Shown here: in pieces, positions 7,131 through 17,048 of the stretch | Position numbering within the stretch: position 1 is the first letter of the stretch | Layout of the letters: each line of letters starts with the position of its first letter | Origin: an uncultured Vampirovibrionales bacterium | GTDB lineage: Bacteria; Cyanobacteriota; Vampirovibrionia; Vampirovibrionales; Vampirovibrionaceae | NCBI GenBank assembly: GCA_964390635.1 | Contig: CAYMIG010000006.1 | Location: 108,995 to 172,994, forward strand | Direction of reading: 5' to 3' | DNA: 64,000 nucleotides | Position numbers and translations under genes: made by a program | The notes under the pieces: model-generated | What the model was told of the DNA's origin: nothing | What the model saw: only the letters and a program-made list of their open reading frames with translations | Database searches by the model: none

Positions 7131-9323
7131 TTATCCGTGGTAGCGGTAGTTCTCGGCAAAGGTTTGCAGGGCTTGGGCATCTTGTACCCGGGTTTGCTCC
7201 CGCTGGGCGGTGGTTTTGTCCTGCAAATCCACCAGTCCCTGGGCCACCGCCTGGCTAACGAAGTCCCGGGCGACCTTGTAACCTGCCTCCCGCTTGAAGT
7301 CGTTCTTGAACGCCTCCGGCAGCGAGCTGCGCCGCAGCACGATGATGTGCTTGGGAATCAGCGCCCCGGCCAGCTTACCGGATTCCACCATGCGGCCCAT
7401 GGCCTGCTTGATGTCCTCTTCGCCCAGGCGGGGATCTTCGGTCACCGCCACCACCACCGATTTTTCGGTTTCCCGATCCGGGCGGTAGGGCACGGCCATG
7501 GCATCCAGCACCCGGGGCTCGGCGGTACGCACCGCCTTTTCAAACTCGCCGGGATCGCGCCGTTCGCCGCCCGAGTCCTTGATGAAGTTGCTCTCGCGGC
7601 CAATAATCTGCATGGGGCCCAGCACCAGGCTGCCAAAGTCGCCGGGCTTGGCGCCCGCCCGCAGCCGGGTTTGCCGGTTGCCCTGATCGCCCGTGTGGTA
7701 CCAGCCGTCCTTGTCGCTCAGGGAAACCAGCCCGTGCTCATCGCCCGTTTCGCCTTCGTCCAGCGTGCCGGCCACGTAACCGGGCGAGACACCCGGCGAG
7801 CGCACCAGGATTTCCCCTTCGCCGCTCATCTTGCTGGCGCCGTAAAAGGCATGGCGGGTATCGGTTTCAATCATCTTCACTTCCACGCCGGGCAGTTCGC
7901 TGCCTACAAAGCCGGGCTCGCCGGTCATGTTCAGCATGTTGATGCCGCCCTCCGAAGAGCCGTAGCCCTCCAGAATCTGCATATGCGGGTTGATGGCTTT
8001 CAGCGCGTCGTAGGTTTCCTTTTTCAGGGGGGCGCCGCCGCTGATGACCACCCGGATTTGCTGCAGCGCCTGGCGGGTTTGCGGGTGGCTGTTGGCGTGG
8101 GCCACCAGCTTTTCCAGGAAGATGGGCACGGACGGCAGCACCGTGACCTTGTAATCGCGAATGGTCTGGCTCACCTTGTCCAGATCGGCAATGGCGGCGC
8201 GCAGAGAAGGTAGCATCACCATTTGGGTGCCCCGGTAAATGCCGGTCAGTTGCACCGCCTTGCCGAAAATGTGGAACAGCGGCAGGCCCACCAGCATCAC
8301 GTCATCCGGCTTCAGGATGTTTTCCACGGCCTGGTTCAGCGAAGTGGCTGTAAACACCAGGTTCTGGTGGGTCAGGGCCACGCCCTTGGGGTTGCCGGAG
8401 GTGCCCGAAGTGAATATAACATCCGAAATGCTGTCGGGCTTGGGATTCAGGGCCATATCGCCCACAGAAAGCGGCTTCAGGCGTCGCATTTTGGATTTGT
8501 CCTCGGGCGTAATTAGCCGCAAGTTCTGGGGCAGGCGCTCAAACAGGGTGGCGAAATCCGATTTTGCCTGGGCCAGCAGCTCGGCGCGGTGTGCCTCGGT
8601 CACCGTCACCCCGGATTGCTGTAGCTTGTGCACGCCTTCTGCCACTTTTTCCCGCATGCTCTTGTCAAGTACCTTGTAAAGCAGCTTATGCAGGGGGTTT
8701 TTGGCTGGAAGCCCCTGGGCGTAACGTTCGGCCACGTTGCGTAGCAAGGGTTTTCTGAGGGACAGAATTTTTTGGAAGCCGTACATGGGCTTGAACAGGG
8801 AATCGCTGCCAAACACGTAGGCGTCGCTTTGGGTGCCGCCCACCATATGGGCCAGGTTGGCGATTTTGGTGTATTCATCCTGCATGGCCAGCAGGTTGAT
8901 GGGCAGCATGGTGGCCCCCACGGCCAGGCCGCCGTAATAGGTGCTCAGGTAATCCAGGGTGTTGGTTTCGGCCACGGCAATGCGCTTGCCGTCCAGGCCC
9001 ATCTTGCGGAAACCCGCCGCCGTGCGCTGGATTTTATCCAGCATCTGGGCGTAGGTAGTGTCATGATCCTTGCCGTCCGGGGAAAAATGGCGGCTGACCC
9101 GGAAGCCCACCCGGTTGCGGGTGGCCGGATCGGTGCCCAGGCTCACCAGCTTGTGCACCATGTTGAGTTCGGCGGGATACTGAAACGCCTTGCGCCCGCT
9201 AAAAAAGACGTCGGTCGCCGGGCCGTTCCTCAGGCTGGGCAAGCTGGCGGCAACCGGCGCCGGTTGCGGGCGCCTTGCCCCGAAACTAACGGCGGGACGG
9301 TTGGGCAGAAACGAAATATCCAT
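7131..9323 (-). CDS. AMP-dependent synthetase/ligase (long-chain fatty-acid-CoA ligase-like), ~730 aa
   Basis: AMP-binding motif IFTSGTSGNPKGV; large adenylate-forming enzyme architecture. Likely start MDISFLPNRP at 9323. ORF 7074..8213(+) is an antisense shadow. Confidence 0.8.
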   Translation of the reverse strand: MDISFLPNRPAVSFGARRPQPAPVAASLPSLRNGPATDVFFSGRKAFQYPAELNMVHKLVSLGTDPATRNRVGFRVSRHFSPDGKDHDTTYAQMLDKIQRTAAGFRKMGLDGKRIAVAETNTLDYLSTYYGGLAVGATMLPINLLAMQDEYTKIANLAHMVGGTQSDAYVFGSDSLFKPMYGFQKILSLRKPLLRNVAERYAQGLPAKNPLHKLLYKVLDKSMREKVAEGVHKLQQSGVTVTEAHRAELLAQAKSDFATLFERLPQNLRLITPEDKSKMRRLKPLSVGDMALNPKPDSISDVIFTSGTSGNPKGVALTHQNLVFTATSLNQAVENILKPDDVMLVGLPLFHIFGKAVQLTGIYRGTQMVMLPSLRAAIADLDKVSQTIRDYKVTVLPSVPIFLEKLVAHANSHPQTRQALQQIRVVISGGAPLKKETYDALKAINPHMQILEGYGSSEGGINMLNMTGEPGFVGSELPGVEVKMIETDTRHAFYGASKMSGEGEILVRSPGVSPGYVAGTLDEGETGDEHGLVSLSDKDGWYHTGDQGNRQTRLRAGAKPGDFGSLVLGPMQIIGRESNFIKDSGGERRDPGEFEKAVRTAEPRVLDAMAVPYRPDRETEKSVVVAVTEDPRLGEEDIKQAMGRMVESGKLAGALIPKHIIVLRRSSLPEAFKNDFKREAGYKVARDFVSQAVAQGLVDLQDKTTAQREQTRVQDAQALQTFAENYRYHG

Positions 9324-9569
9324 CAGAAAACCCCCAGTGTCAGACTTGTTTGGCCGCCGGGCAGCCAATCCCCTTCAAAAAGTCCTCCCATTGTAAAAAG
9401 AACACCGCCCTGCTTCAGCCATTGTAGGGCTTTGTAAACTGGATTGTTTTTAAAATAAATTTGTCCCCCGCGCCTGGGCGCAAATGGCGCAAATGAAAAG
9501 GGCCGATGCAAGCACCGGCCCGGGGTTATGCACTAGGGTTCATCCAGGGTAAATTGTCTGGGGATGGGT

Positions 9570-10727
9570 TTAATCACCATCCAGCTTGCGCTTGATTACA
9601 TAAATGGCCCCACCCACGGCAGCGGCCCCGCCCATGCCGATGCCCACTTTAATCATGATTTCTTGCAGGTGTTGCTGATCGGCCTGGTGTTGCAGGTAGC
9701 GGTAGACCGGATCCCGGTACAGGCTGGCGAAGGTATCGGCCATGCTGCGCAGCGCGGCGTCGTAGTCGCCCTGGTACAGGGTATAGGCCTGATCGTTGCG
9801 GCTTGCCTGGATGCCAGTGGCAAAATATTCCGCCAGCTGCCGGGTTGTCTCCTGTGGATTTTCCCGCATCGCCTGCTGAATTTTTTCGGCCTGGGCCTGC
9901 ACGTCGGCGTTGTTGTAATGGCCTCCCGAACGCTCAATCTGGGCGGCCAGATTCGCAAACATGTTGGGCCCCTGGGTCACTTCCAGCATATTGGGTTGGA
10001 TGTTGTAGTCGGTGTGGTGGATGATGATGGGCGTGCAGGTGGTGGTTTTGCCGTTGGAGGTGCACATCATCGAGATGGACGTCCAGTCGTGGCGGATGTT
10101 GGCGTGGTTTCCCCGCAACTCCCGGGCGTTCAGCAGGATGACCGCCCCGTCCCCCGCCGGGTTGAGCCGCTGGTTGATTTGCTGGGCCAACACCTGGGCG
10201 TTGCCGGCAATATCCGGGGCGATGACCACGTAGACGTTTCCCACGTAGCCGGCCTGGTGGATGACTTGCAGCTGCTGGTTGACGTAGTCGTGCGTTTCCC
10301 TTGACACCAGCGGGTTGTCCGCCGCCTCAATCACATACTGCCGGCTTCCCTCGGCGGGAATGGGAATGTCATCCGCCGAGTCGACCACGTGCACGTTAAT
10401 GTGCACATCCTCCGCCTGGACATTGAAATAGCCGTAGTTGGGGGCTTCCACCACCTGGGTGATGGGCGTTCCCTGGCTGATGGGCAGGCTGGCCGCGCTG
10501 GCGGCGGGTATGCCCCGTACTCCGCCAAACATGCTGACCAGGGCGAAGGCCGCCACGGCGGCCAACCGCAGGATGGGATTGGGCTTTTTCTTTTTGGGCC
10601 TGGCCGTGCTTAATTTGGCCTGGTCCAGGTTTTCGCCAAAGTAAACAAGCCGTGGCGATGCCGATGGCAGCCGCCCGGCAGCGGAATGAACGGCAGGCGC
10701 AATGCCTTGCCGCATGGCATATAGCAT
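9570..10727 (-). CDS. Hypothetical membrane-anchored exported protein (possibly TPM-domain-like) with C-terminal Gly-zipper TM segment
   Basis: ATG at 10727 preceded by aaggagag RBS. Internal hydrophobic segment ILRLAAVAAFALVSMFGG after a KKKK stretch; C-terminal IGMGGAAAVGGAIYVIKRK. Domain assignment uncertain. Confidence 0.55.
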   Translation of the reverse strand: MLYAMRQGIAPAVHSAAGRLPSASPRLVYFGENLDQAKLSTARPKKKKPNPILRLAAVAAFALVSMFGGVRGIPAASAASLPISQGTPITQVVEAPNYGYFNVQAEDVHINVHVVDSADDIPIPAEGSRQYVIEAADNPLVSRETHDYVNQQLQVIHQAGYVGNVYVVIAPDIAGNAQVLAQQINQRLNPAGDGAVILLNARELRGNHANIRHDWTSISMMCTSNGKTTTCTPIIIHHTDYNIQPNMLEVTQGPNMFANLAAQIERSGGHYNNADVQAQAEKIQQAMRENPQETTRQLAEYFATGIQASRNDQAYTLYQGDYDAALRSMADTFASLYRDPVYRYLQHQADQQHLQEIMIKVGIGMGGAAAVGGAIYVIKRKLDGD

Positions 10728-10981
10728 CCTTCTCTCCTTGTTTCCCCTCACGCAGAAAAAGTGTCCAAAGATATAAAAACCAGGATTTCGGTTTTTGTGC
10801 TAGTGACACTATCCCCTTTTGTCTGGCTGGCGCCTTGCTGCCAAAACCGGGGCGCCGGGGCGAAAAAACCGGTAGCCCATTGCTTTTAGGGATGCCGGCG
10901 CGGGGCATGCCCCGCAGTTCTGGGCGCGGCAAAACCCGTCCCGCGAAAAAACGCCGTCGGCCCAGCCCCCTTCATAGAGCC

Positions 10982-11062
10982 TGGGCGAGGTGGGACTTGA
11001 ACCCACACACATTGCTGTACTGGCTCCTAAGACCAGCGCGTCTACCATTTCGCCACTCGCCC
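10982..11062 (-). tRNA. tRNA-Leu (anticodon TAG), class II with long variable arm, no encoded CCA
   Basis: Reverse complement folds as acceptor gggcgag/ctcgccc, anticodon loop cttagga, T-arm gtggg-ttcaagt-cccac. Confidence 0.85.
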
Positions 11063-11151
11063 GGCTGCTTAAAATTTTAACCCATTTCCGATGGGCCCCT
11101 CAAGCCGGTTGGGGATGTCCCGGTTGCCCGGGCGTTGCGCAGCTTGCGGGG

Positions 11152-12288
11152 TCAATCCAGGTAGATTTTCTCCGGGCCGGGGGGGGCCAGATCGGCCAGC
11201 CGGGATTTGCGGGTCTTGGGGGTGACCGGGGTGGCGCCCAGCCGGTCAATCACCTTGGTGGCCAGGCGTTCCTCGTTCAACTCTTGCTGCAGCTTGCGGT
11301 TTTCGGCTTCTAAATCCTTGATTACCGCCTTCAGCCGGTTGACTTCTGACTCCTCCTCCCGCCGCTGGATGGCCCGGCGGTTCACTTCGCCGGCCAGGGC
11401 CTTGAGGGCGGTTTCCAGGGAGCTGTCCTCGGCGGCGGTAAAATTGATGCCCGCCTCCGGGGTGGCCCCGGCGTGCTTGCAATGCCGTTTGCGCACCTTG
11501 ATTAGCTGGGTGCTGCCCTTGCCGAAGTAATAAAATTCCCCGGGTTTCAACGCCTTGATGGCCTGGAAGGTGATGCCCGCCTCGTTGAGGAAGGGCTTGA
11601 TGGCTTTATAGTCCTGCTCGGAGGTAATCCCCCCGAACCAGAAGCGGTTGCACTGGCTGAGAATGTCCTTGTTCAGGCTGGCCGGTCGCTGGGTGGCCCA
11701 CAGGCTGTCGATGGCCCGCTTGCGGCCCCGCTTGGCGATTTTCTGCGAGGCCTGCACCGGGTCGATGCTGCGTTTCTTGCTGCGCTTGGTCGAGGTGGCG
11801 GCCATGCGCTGGGGCGCGTAAATTTGCGCCTCCTCCACCACCAGTCGCAGCTTGGTGCGGTACTTTTGCTCCGCCACGAACAGGGCGTCGGCAATCAGCC
11901 CGTACAGGTGTTGTTGCTCCTCGTCCAAAAACTCCGAGAGATCGAACACCGCCGACAGCCGGTTTTGCAGCATGGCTTCCACGTACAGGTCGATGGCCTC
12001 CTCTTCCATGGGCAGGCTGCCGTGCTCGCCGCCGATAATCATCATGGGGTAGCGGGCAGCCAGGGTGAAATGCTCCCCTTCTGGGTCGATGATGCACACC
12101 AGCCCCCCGGTTTCCAAGGTTTCTTCAATCAAAACCCCGGTTAAATAAGACTTTCCCATCCCGGATGAGGCCAGGATGGCGTCTCTCTCTCCTGTCGTGG
12201 CCCATGCGTCCAGGGGGATGCTGAAGTTCTTGCCGACCTCCAAGGCACGGGCGCCCGGCACCAGCCGGTTTTTGATGAAGCGGAACAT
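11152..12288 (-). CDS. HerA/DUF87-like P-loop ATPase with basic, coiled-coil C-terminal region
   Basis: Walker A ILASSGMGKSYLT, Walker B-like LVCIIDPEGE; KR-rich region and heptad-like C-terminus (EVNRLKAVIKDLEAENRKLQQELNEE). Confidence 0.6.
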   Translation of the reverse strand: MFRFIKNRLVPGARALEVGKNFSIPLDAWATTGERDAILASSGMGKSYLTGVLIEETLETGGLVCIIDPEGEHFTLAARYPMMIIGGEHGSLPMEEEAIDLYVEAMLQNRLSAVFDLSEFLDEEQQHLYGLIADALFVAEQKYRTKLRLVVEEAQIYAPQRMAATSTKRSKKRSIDPVQASQKIAKRGRKRAIDSLWATQRPASLNKDILSQCNRFWFGGITSEQDYKAIKPFLNEAGITFQAIKALKPGEFYYFGKGSTQLIKVRKRHCKHAGATPEAGINFTAAEDSSLETALKALAGEVNRRAIQRREEESEVNRLKAVIKDLEAENRKLQQELNEERLATKVIDRLGATPVTPKTRKSRLADLAPPGPEKIYLD

Positions 12289-12384
12289 ATCACTATTATA
12301 GAGCTTATTGACGGGGTAGGGAATGGATTGCCGATCCCCTTTCCGCTAAGATGGTTGCAAAGCAAGTGATTGGAGGATTGGACC

Positions 12385-12639
12385 ATGCCGGTACCGAGAA
12401 GCGGAAACCTGACTGTGGGTGGCATCCCCTGGCTGGCCCGCATGATCGACAAGGCCCGCCTGGAGGCCGCCGGGCAGATTGATGCCTACGACCTGGAATA
12501 CCCCTGCCCCATGGACCGCGCCTGCCTGGCCAAGCTGGGGGTGGACGCCGAGACTTTCCAGAAAATCGCCGTTGCCGCCGGTTCCGACGAGCAGGTGCTG
12601 GCCGGGCTGCGGGAGCAGGGCGCCCACATTCCGCATTAA
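12385..12639 (+). CDS. DUF5069-family small protein
   Basis: MPVPRSGNLTVGGIPWLARMIDKARL...YDLEYPCPMDRACLAKLGVDAETF matches the conserved DUF5069 pattern; ggagg RBS 7 nt upstream of the ATG at 12385. Confidence 0.6.
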   Translation: MPVPRSGNLTVGGIPWLARMIDKARLEAAGQIDAYDLEYPCPMDRACLAKLGVDAETFQKIAVAAGSDEQVLAGLREQGAHIPH

Positions 12640-12809
12640 GCCGGGCCTTCCGGCGGTGGGCCGGGAGATTCGCATCCCGGGTTTGCGGCTGGGCTAATTG
12701 AGAGAAATCACAGACCCCGCGGCATGCTTATCCTAAGATGGAAAAGCGGCTGGCTGTTTTTTGCTTAAAACGTCCGGCCCGCTCAACTGATTGAATAAGG
12801 AAGCATCGC

Positions 12810-13712
12810 GTGGCCACAAATTCGACAGTGAATCAGGGCACCCAGCGCAAGGACAACTGGCAGCTGGCCCCGTTACTCACGTTCCTGGGGCTGGGTGGTT
12901 TTGTTGTTTACGCCACCTGGGCGGCCTTTAATCCCGGCCCGGTGAGTCAACCCTACTACACTTTGCAGGGAACCAACTATCTTTCCCCGTTTTTCTCCCC
13001 CAACATTTACGAAATTATCCACCTGGTGGGCCCCAAGATTGGGCTGACGGCGGAGCAGTTCATCAACAACGCGGGTTACTGGGTGATTACCCCGGGTCTG
13101 TTCATTCTGTGGGCGCCGGCGGGGTTCCGGGCTACTTGCTACTACTACCGCAAGGCCTATTACCGCTCCTTCTTTACGGCGCCTGCGGCCTGTGCGGTGG
13201 ACACCGGGGTGAAAAGCCCGCTGATTGCCCTGCTGGGCACCGGCAAGCGTTACATGGGCGAAAAGGTCTTCCCCATGGTGCTGCAAAACCTGCACCGCTA
13301 CTTTTTCTACGTGGCGGCCCTGTTCATCCTCATTCTGGGCTGGGATGCCTTTGTGGCCCTGTTTGCGGCCCAGGGTGCCGGGCTTGAAAAGCACATCGAC
13401 TGGACCACCCTGCGGGTAGGGCTGGGCTCCATCGTGCTGGGCGTTAATGTGCTGCTGCTGTCCTTGTATACTTTCGGCTGCCATTCCTACCGGCATATCC
13501 TGGGCGGGCAGGTCGATTGCTTCTCCACCTGCCCCATGGGCGCGGAACGCCACCACGCCTTCCAGCGCCAGAGCATCCTGAATGCCCACCACATGGAATT
13601 TGCCTGGATGAGCCTCTTTTCGGTCGGCTTTGCCGATTTCTACGTGCGGATGTGCTCTATGGGCGTGTGGCAGGATCCGGTACTGTTGAGCTGGCATTGG
13701 GCCTGGTGGTAG
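12810..13712 (+). CDS. Succinate dehydrogenase / fumarate reductase membrane anchor (cytochrome b) subunit, Bacillus-type single large subunit
   Basis: 300 aa polytopic membrane protein with conserved His in TM helices, immediately upstream of the flavoprotein and Fe-S subunits in sdhC-A-B order; GTG start with taaggaag RBS. Confidence 0.6.
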   Translation: MATNSTVNQGTQRKDNWQLAPLLTFLGLGGFVVYATWAAFNPGPVSQPYYTLQGTNYLSPFFSPNIYEIIHLVGPKIGLTAEQFINNAGYWVITPGLFILWAPAGFRATCYYYRKAYYRSFFTAPAACAVDTGVKSPLIALLGTGKRYMGEKVFPMVLQNLHRYFFYVAALFILILGWDAFVALFAAQGAGLEKHIDWTTLRVGLGSIVLGVNVLLLSLYTFGCHSYRHILGGQVDCFSTCPMGAERHHAFQRQSILNAHHMEFAWMSLFSVGFADFYVRMCSMGVWQDPVLLSWHWAWW

Positions 13713-13733
13713 AAGGGTAAGGTTTATCGCACT

Positions 13734-15551
13734 ATGACAACTTCTTACGAAACCCATACGCATGACGTGATTGTCATTGGCGCCGGTGGGGCCGGCCTGC
13801 GGGCCGCCATTGAGGCCTCCGCCCAGGGACTTTCCGTGGGCCTCATCTGTAAATCGCTGCTGGGCAAGGCCCACACCGTAATGGCGGAAGGCGGTGCGGC
13901 GGCGGCCTTGGCCAACGTGGACAAGCTGGATGACTGGAAGACGCACTTCAAGGACACCATGAAGGGCGGCAAATTCCTGAACCAGTGGCGCATGGCACAA
14001 ATTCATGCCCAGGAAGCGCCGGACAGAATTCGGGAGCTAGAGCAATGGGGTGCGGTGTTCGATCGCACCAGGGAAGGGAAGATCAACCAGCGGGCCTTTG
14101 GCGGCCACACCTACAAGCGCCTGGCGCACGTGGGCGACCGTACCGGCCTGGAGCTGATTCGCACCCTTCAGGACAAGGGCGTGCATTCCGGCATCGACGT
14201 TTATATGGAATGCACCATTACCCAACTCCTTAAGGATGGAGATGGCCGGGTAACCGGCGCCTTCGGATACTGGCGGGAAAGCGGTCGCTTCGTGGTCTTC
14301 AAGACCAAGGCCGTGATCCTGGCCACCGGCGGCGTGGGCAAGGCCTGGAAAGTGACGTCCAACTCCTGGGAATACACCGGAGATGGCCAGTCGCTGGCCT
14401 ATCATGCGGGCGCGGAACTCATCGACATGGAGTTTGTGCAGTTCCACCCCACCGGCATGGTTTGGCCTCCCGGCGTGCGGGGCATCCTGGTGACCGAAGG
14501 CGTGCGCGGCGAGGGCGGGATCCTCACCAACAACAAGGGCGAGCGCTTTATGTGGAAGTACCTGCCCGACAACCTGCGCAACGAGTACGCCGCTGACGAG
14601 GCCGAGGCCAAGCGCTGGGTGGAGGCCACCGTCTCTGGTCACAAAACCAGCGATCGTCGTCCGCCGGAGCTGTCCACCCGGGATAACGTGGCCAAGGCCA
14701 TCCACCGCGAGGTGCAGGAAGGCCGGGGCAGCCCGCATGGCGGGGTGTTCCTTGACATCAGCTACCAGAACGCTGAGCGGGTCAAGAAAAAACTGCCCAG
14801 CATGTACCACCAGTTCAAGGAACTGGCCGATGTGGACATCACCGCGGGCCCCATGGAAGTGGGCCCCACCATGCACTACATCATGGGCGGCGTGCGGGTG
14901 GATGCCGAAACGGCCATGACCACCGTGCCCGGCCTCTTTGCCGCGGGCGAGGTGGCAGGCGGCATGCATGGGGCCAACCGCCTGGGTGGCAACTCGCTTT
15001 CCGACCTGCTGGTGTTTGGCCGCCGGGCTGGTATGGGTGCTGCCGACTACGTGCGCGCCTTCGACGGCCAGGCCGGCTTCGATGACGCGCAAGTCAAGGC
15101 GGCTGCCGATGCCCTGACCGCGCCATTCGACCGCAAGGGCGAGGGCCCCTACGAAGTGCACCGCGCGCTGCAGGAAGTCATGCAGAACAAGGTGGGCATC
15201 GTGCGCAACCGGGCCGATCTGGAAAGCGCCGTGGCCGAACTCGACGCCTTGCAGCCGCGCGTGGACAACGTGTCGGTGGAAGGCTCTATCCAGTTTAACC
15301 CCGGCTGGCACCTGGCCAACGATCTCAAGTCCATGATCACCGTGTCCCGCGCCATTGCCCGGGCGGCCCTGGCCCGCGAGGAGAGCCGGGGCGGCCACAC
15401 CCGGGAGGACTTCCCGGAATACAGCCCGGTGTGGTCGAAGCAGAACAACGTCGTCTGGCAGGACAACGGCCAGATGAAACTGCGGCAGGATGCCCTGCCC
15501 GAGATGCCCGACGAGCTGAAAAAGCTCTTTAGTGCGGAGGAGGCGAAGTAA
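13734..15551 (+). CDS. sdhA: Succinate dehydrogenase / fumarate reductase flavoprotein subunit
   Basis: FAD-binding VIVIGAGGAGLRAAIEA, covalent-FAD region HTVMAEGG, active-site FHPTGM, RGEGG. Confidence 0.95.
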   Translation: MTTSYETHTHDVIVIGAGGAGLRAAIEASAQGLSVGLICKSLLGKAHTVMAEGGAAAALANVDKLDDWKTHFKDTMKGGKFLNQWRMAQIHAQEAPDRIRELEQWGAVFDRTREGKINQRAFGGHTYKRLAHVGDRTGLELIRTLQDKGVHSGIDVYMECTITQLLKDGDGRVTGAFGYWRESGRFVVFKTKAVILATGGVGKAWKVTSNSWEYTGDGQSLAYHAGAELIDMEFVQFHPTGMVWPPGVRGILVTEGVRGEGGILTNNKGERFMWKYLPDNLRNEYAADEAEAKRWVEATVSGHKTSDRRPPELSTRDNVAKAIHREVQEGRGSPHGGVFLDISYQNAERVKKKLPSMYHQFKELADVDITAGPMEVGPTMHYIMGGVRVDAETAMTTVPGLFAAGEVAGGMHGANRLGGNSLSDLLVFGRRAGMGAADYVRAFDGQAGFDDAQVKAAADALTAPFDRKGEGPYEVHRALQEVMQNKVGIVRNRADLESAVAELDALQPRVDNVSVEGSIQFNPGWHLANDLKSMITVSRAIARAALAREESRGGHTREDFPEYSPVWSKQNNVVWQDNGQMKLRQDALPEMPDELKKLFSAEEAK

Positions 15552-16309
15552 TGGCGCATGCGACCGGACAAAAGACGGCCACGTTCCGCGTGTTTCGCGG
15601 CGATGCCAACGGCGGGGAGCTGAAAGAGTACCAGGTGCCCGTGGAATCGGGCATGGTGGTGCTGGACGCCATGCACTACATCCAGGGCTACCAGTCCCCG
15701 GATCTGGCCGTGCGCTGGAACTGCAAGGCGGCCAAGTGCGGCTCCTGCAGCGCCGAGGTGAACGGCAAGCCCACCCTGATGTGCAAGGCCCGCCTGGACC
15801 ACCTCGATCTCGGCCAGCCGGTGGAAGTGCGTCCCCTGGCCACCTTCCCCACCATCCGCGACCTGGTGACCGACGTGTCCTGGAACTTTGCGGTGAACAA
15901 GACCATCAAGCCCTTCACCCCGCCGGATGAAAACAGCGACGCCTGGACCTACTACCAGGAGGATGTGGACCGGGTGCAGGAATTCCGCAAGTGCATCGAG
16001 TGCTTTCTGTGCCAGGATGTCTGCCACGTGCTGCGCAACCACGATCGCAAGGACCTGTTCTACGGGCCGCGCTTCATGGTGCGCCTGGCCGGGCTGGAAA
16101 TGCATCCCATGGACCGGGCCGACCGCGTCCCCTTCATCAAGGACACCGCGGGCGTGGGCCTGTGCAACATCACCAAGTGCTGCACCGAGGTCTGCCCGGA
16201 AGAGATCCATATTACCGACAACGCCATCATTCCGCTGAAAGAGCGGGTGGTGGATCGCTACTACGACCCCATGCTGTGGGTGCTGCGCAAGCTGGGCTTC
16301 ATCCAGTAG
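15551..16309 (+). CDS. sdhB: Succinate dehydrogenase / fumarate reductase iron-sulfur subunit
   Basis: 2Fe-2S Cys cluster CKAAKCGSCSAEVNGKPTLMC and 4Fe-4S/3Fe-4S motifs CIECFLCQDVC, CNITKCCTEVCP; start overlaps the sdhA stop (taATGg). Confidence 0.95.
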   Translation: MAHATGQKTATFRVFRGDANGGELKEYQVPVESGMVVLDAMHYIQGYQSPDLAVRWNCKAAKCGSCSAEVNGKPTLMCKARLDHLDLGQPVEVRPLATFPTIRDLVTDVSWNFAVNKTIKPFTPPDENSDAWTYYQEDVDRVQEFRKCIECFLCQDVCHVLRNHDRKDLFYGPRFMVRLAGLEMHPMDRADRVPFIKDTAGVGLCNITKCCTEVCPEEIHITDNAIIPLKERVVDRYYDPMLWVLRKLGFIQ

Positions 16310-16346
16310 CTGCCTGCTTTCGCTTGCCGCATGCGGTCGGTCATGC

Positions 16347-17048
16347 CTAGCGTTGTTCGTGCTCCACAACCCCGTAACTAATGGGGTTGCGGGTATTGGC
16401 CTGCCTGGCGGACTGCTTGGCCTGGTACATCAGGCTATCGGCCAGGGTTTTCATGTCTTCCGCCGAATTGACCCGCTGGGGGTTTTCGCCCCGCCCGCGG
16501 ATCATGGTCACCACCCCCTGGCTGACGCCCAGCTGGATGGGATGATCCGCCCCCGGCCAGTTGAATCGCTCCCGCTTCACTTCGGCTTTGATGCGGGCGG
16601 TGAATTTGTGGGCCCGCCGGTTGGAGGTTTCCGGCAGCAACACCACGAATTCGTCGCCTCCCAGGCGGAACACGGTGCCCTCATCGCCCACCGCCCGTTC
16701 CAGTGCCCGGGCGAAACGGCGCAGGGCCTCGTCGCCGGCGTCATGCCCGTAGGTGTCGTTAATGCCCTTGAAGCGGTCCAGGTCGGTCAGGATGAGGGTG
16801 AGCGGCTGCCTTTGCTTGACCGCCCGGCAGTAGATGGGGGCGGCCACCTTGTTGAAAAAGGCCCGGTTGGGGATTTGGGTGAGGGGATCGCTGTAAAGCG
16901 CCTGTCGGATGCCCTGGATCTGGATTTTCTTGCGCTGTACCCGTCCCTCCAGGCGAGCAACCTGACGGTGGAGGGCTGCATTTTGCTCCTGAACCTGCGG
17001 GCAGGGGGAATGCTCCTGCGCCTGGCCGCCAAAATAAAGGCTAGCCAT
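16347..17048 (-). CDS. GGDEF-domain diguanylate cyclase with short coiled-coil N-terminus
   Basis: RLGGDEFVVLL active-site motif, DTYGHDAGDE. Start ambiguous: ATG candidates near 17048 and 17138, and the ORF track gives TTG at 17399, which would overlap the next gene. Confidence 0.75.
   Translation of the reverse strand: MASLYFGGQAQEHSPCPQVQEQNAALHRQVARLEGRVQRKKIQIQGIRQALYSDPLTQIPNRAFFNKVAAPIYCRAVKQRQPLTLILTDLDRFKGINDTYGHDAGDEALRRFARALERAVGDEGTVFRLGGDEFVVLLPETSNRRAHKFTARIKAEVKRERFNWPGADHPIQLGVSQGVVTMIRGRGENPQRVNSAEDMKTLADSLMYQAKQSARQANTRNPISYGVVEHEQR

Noticed and set aside
7074-8213. 379-aa plus-strand ORF
   Set aside because: Antisense to the AMP-dependent ligase gene; His/Gly/Ala/Arg-rich nonsense translation.
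14037-16369. Minus-strand ORFs 14037..15398 and 15149..16369
   Set aside because: Antisense to sdhA and sdhB, whose motif content is unambiguous.
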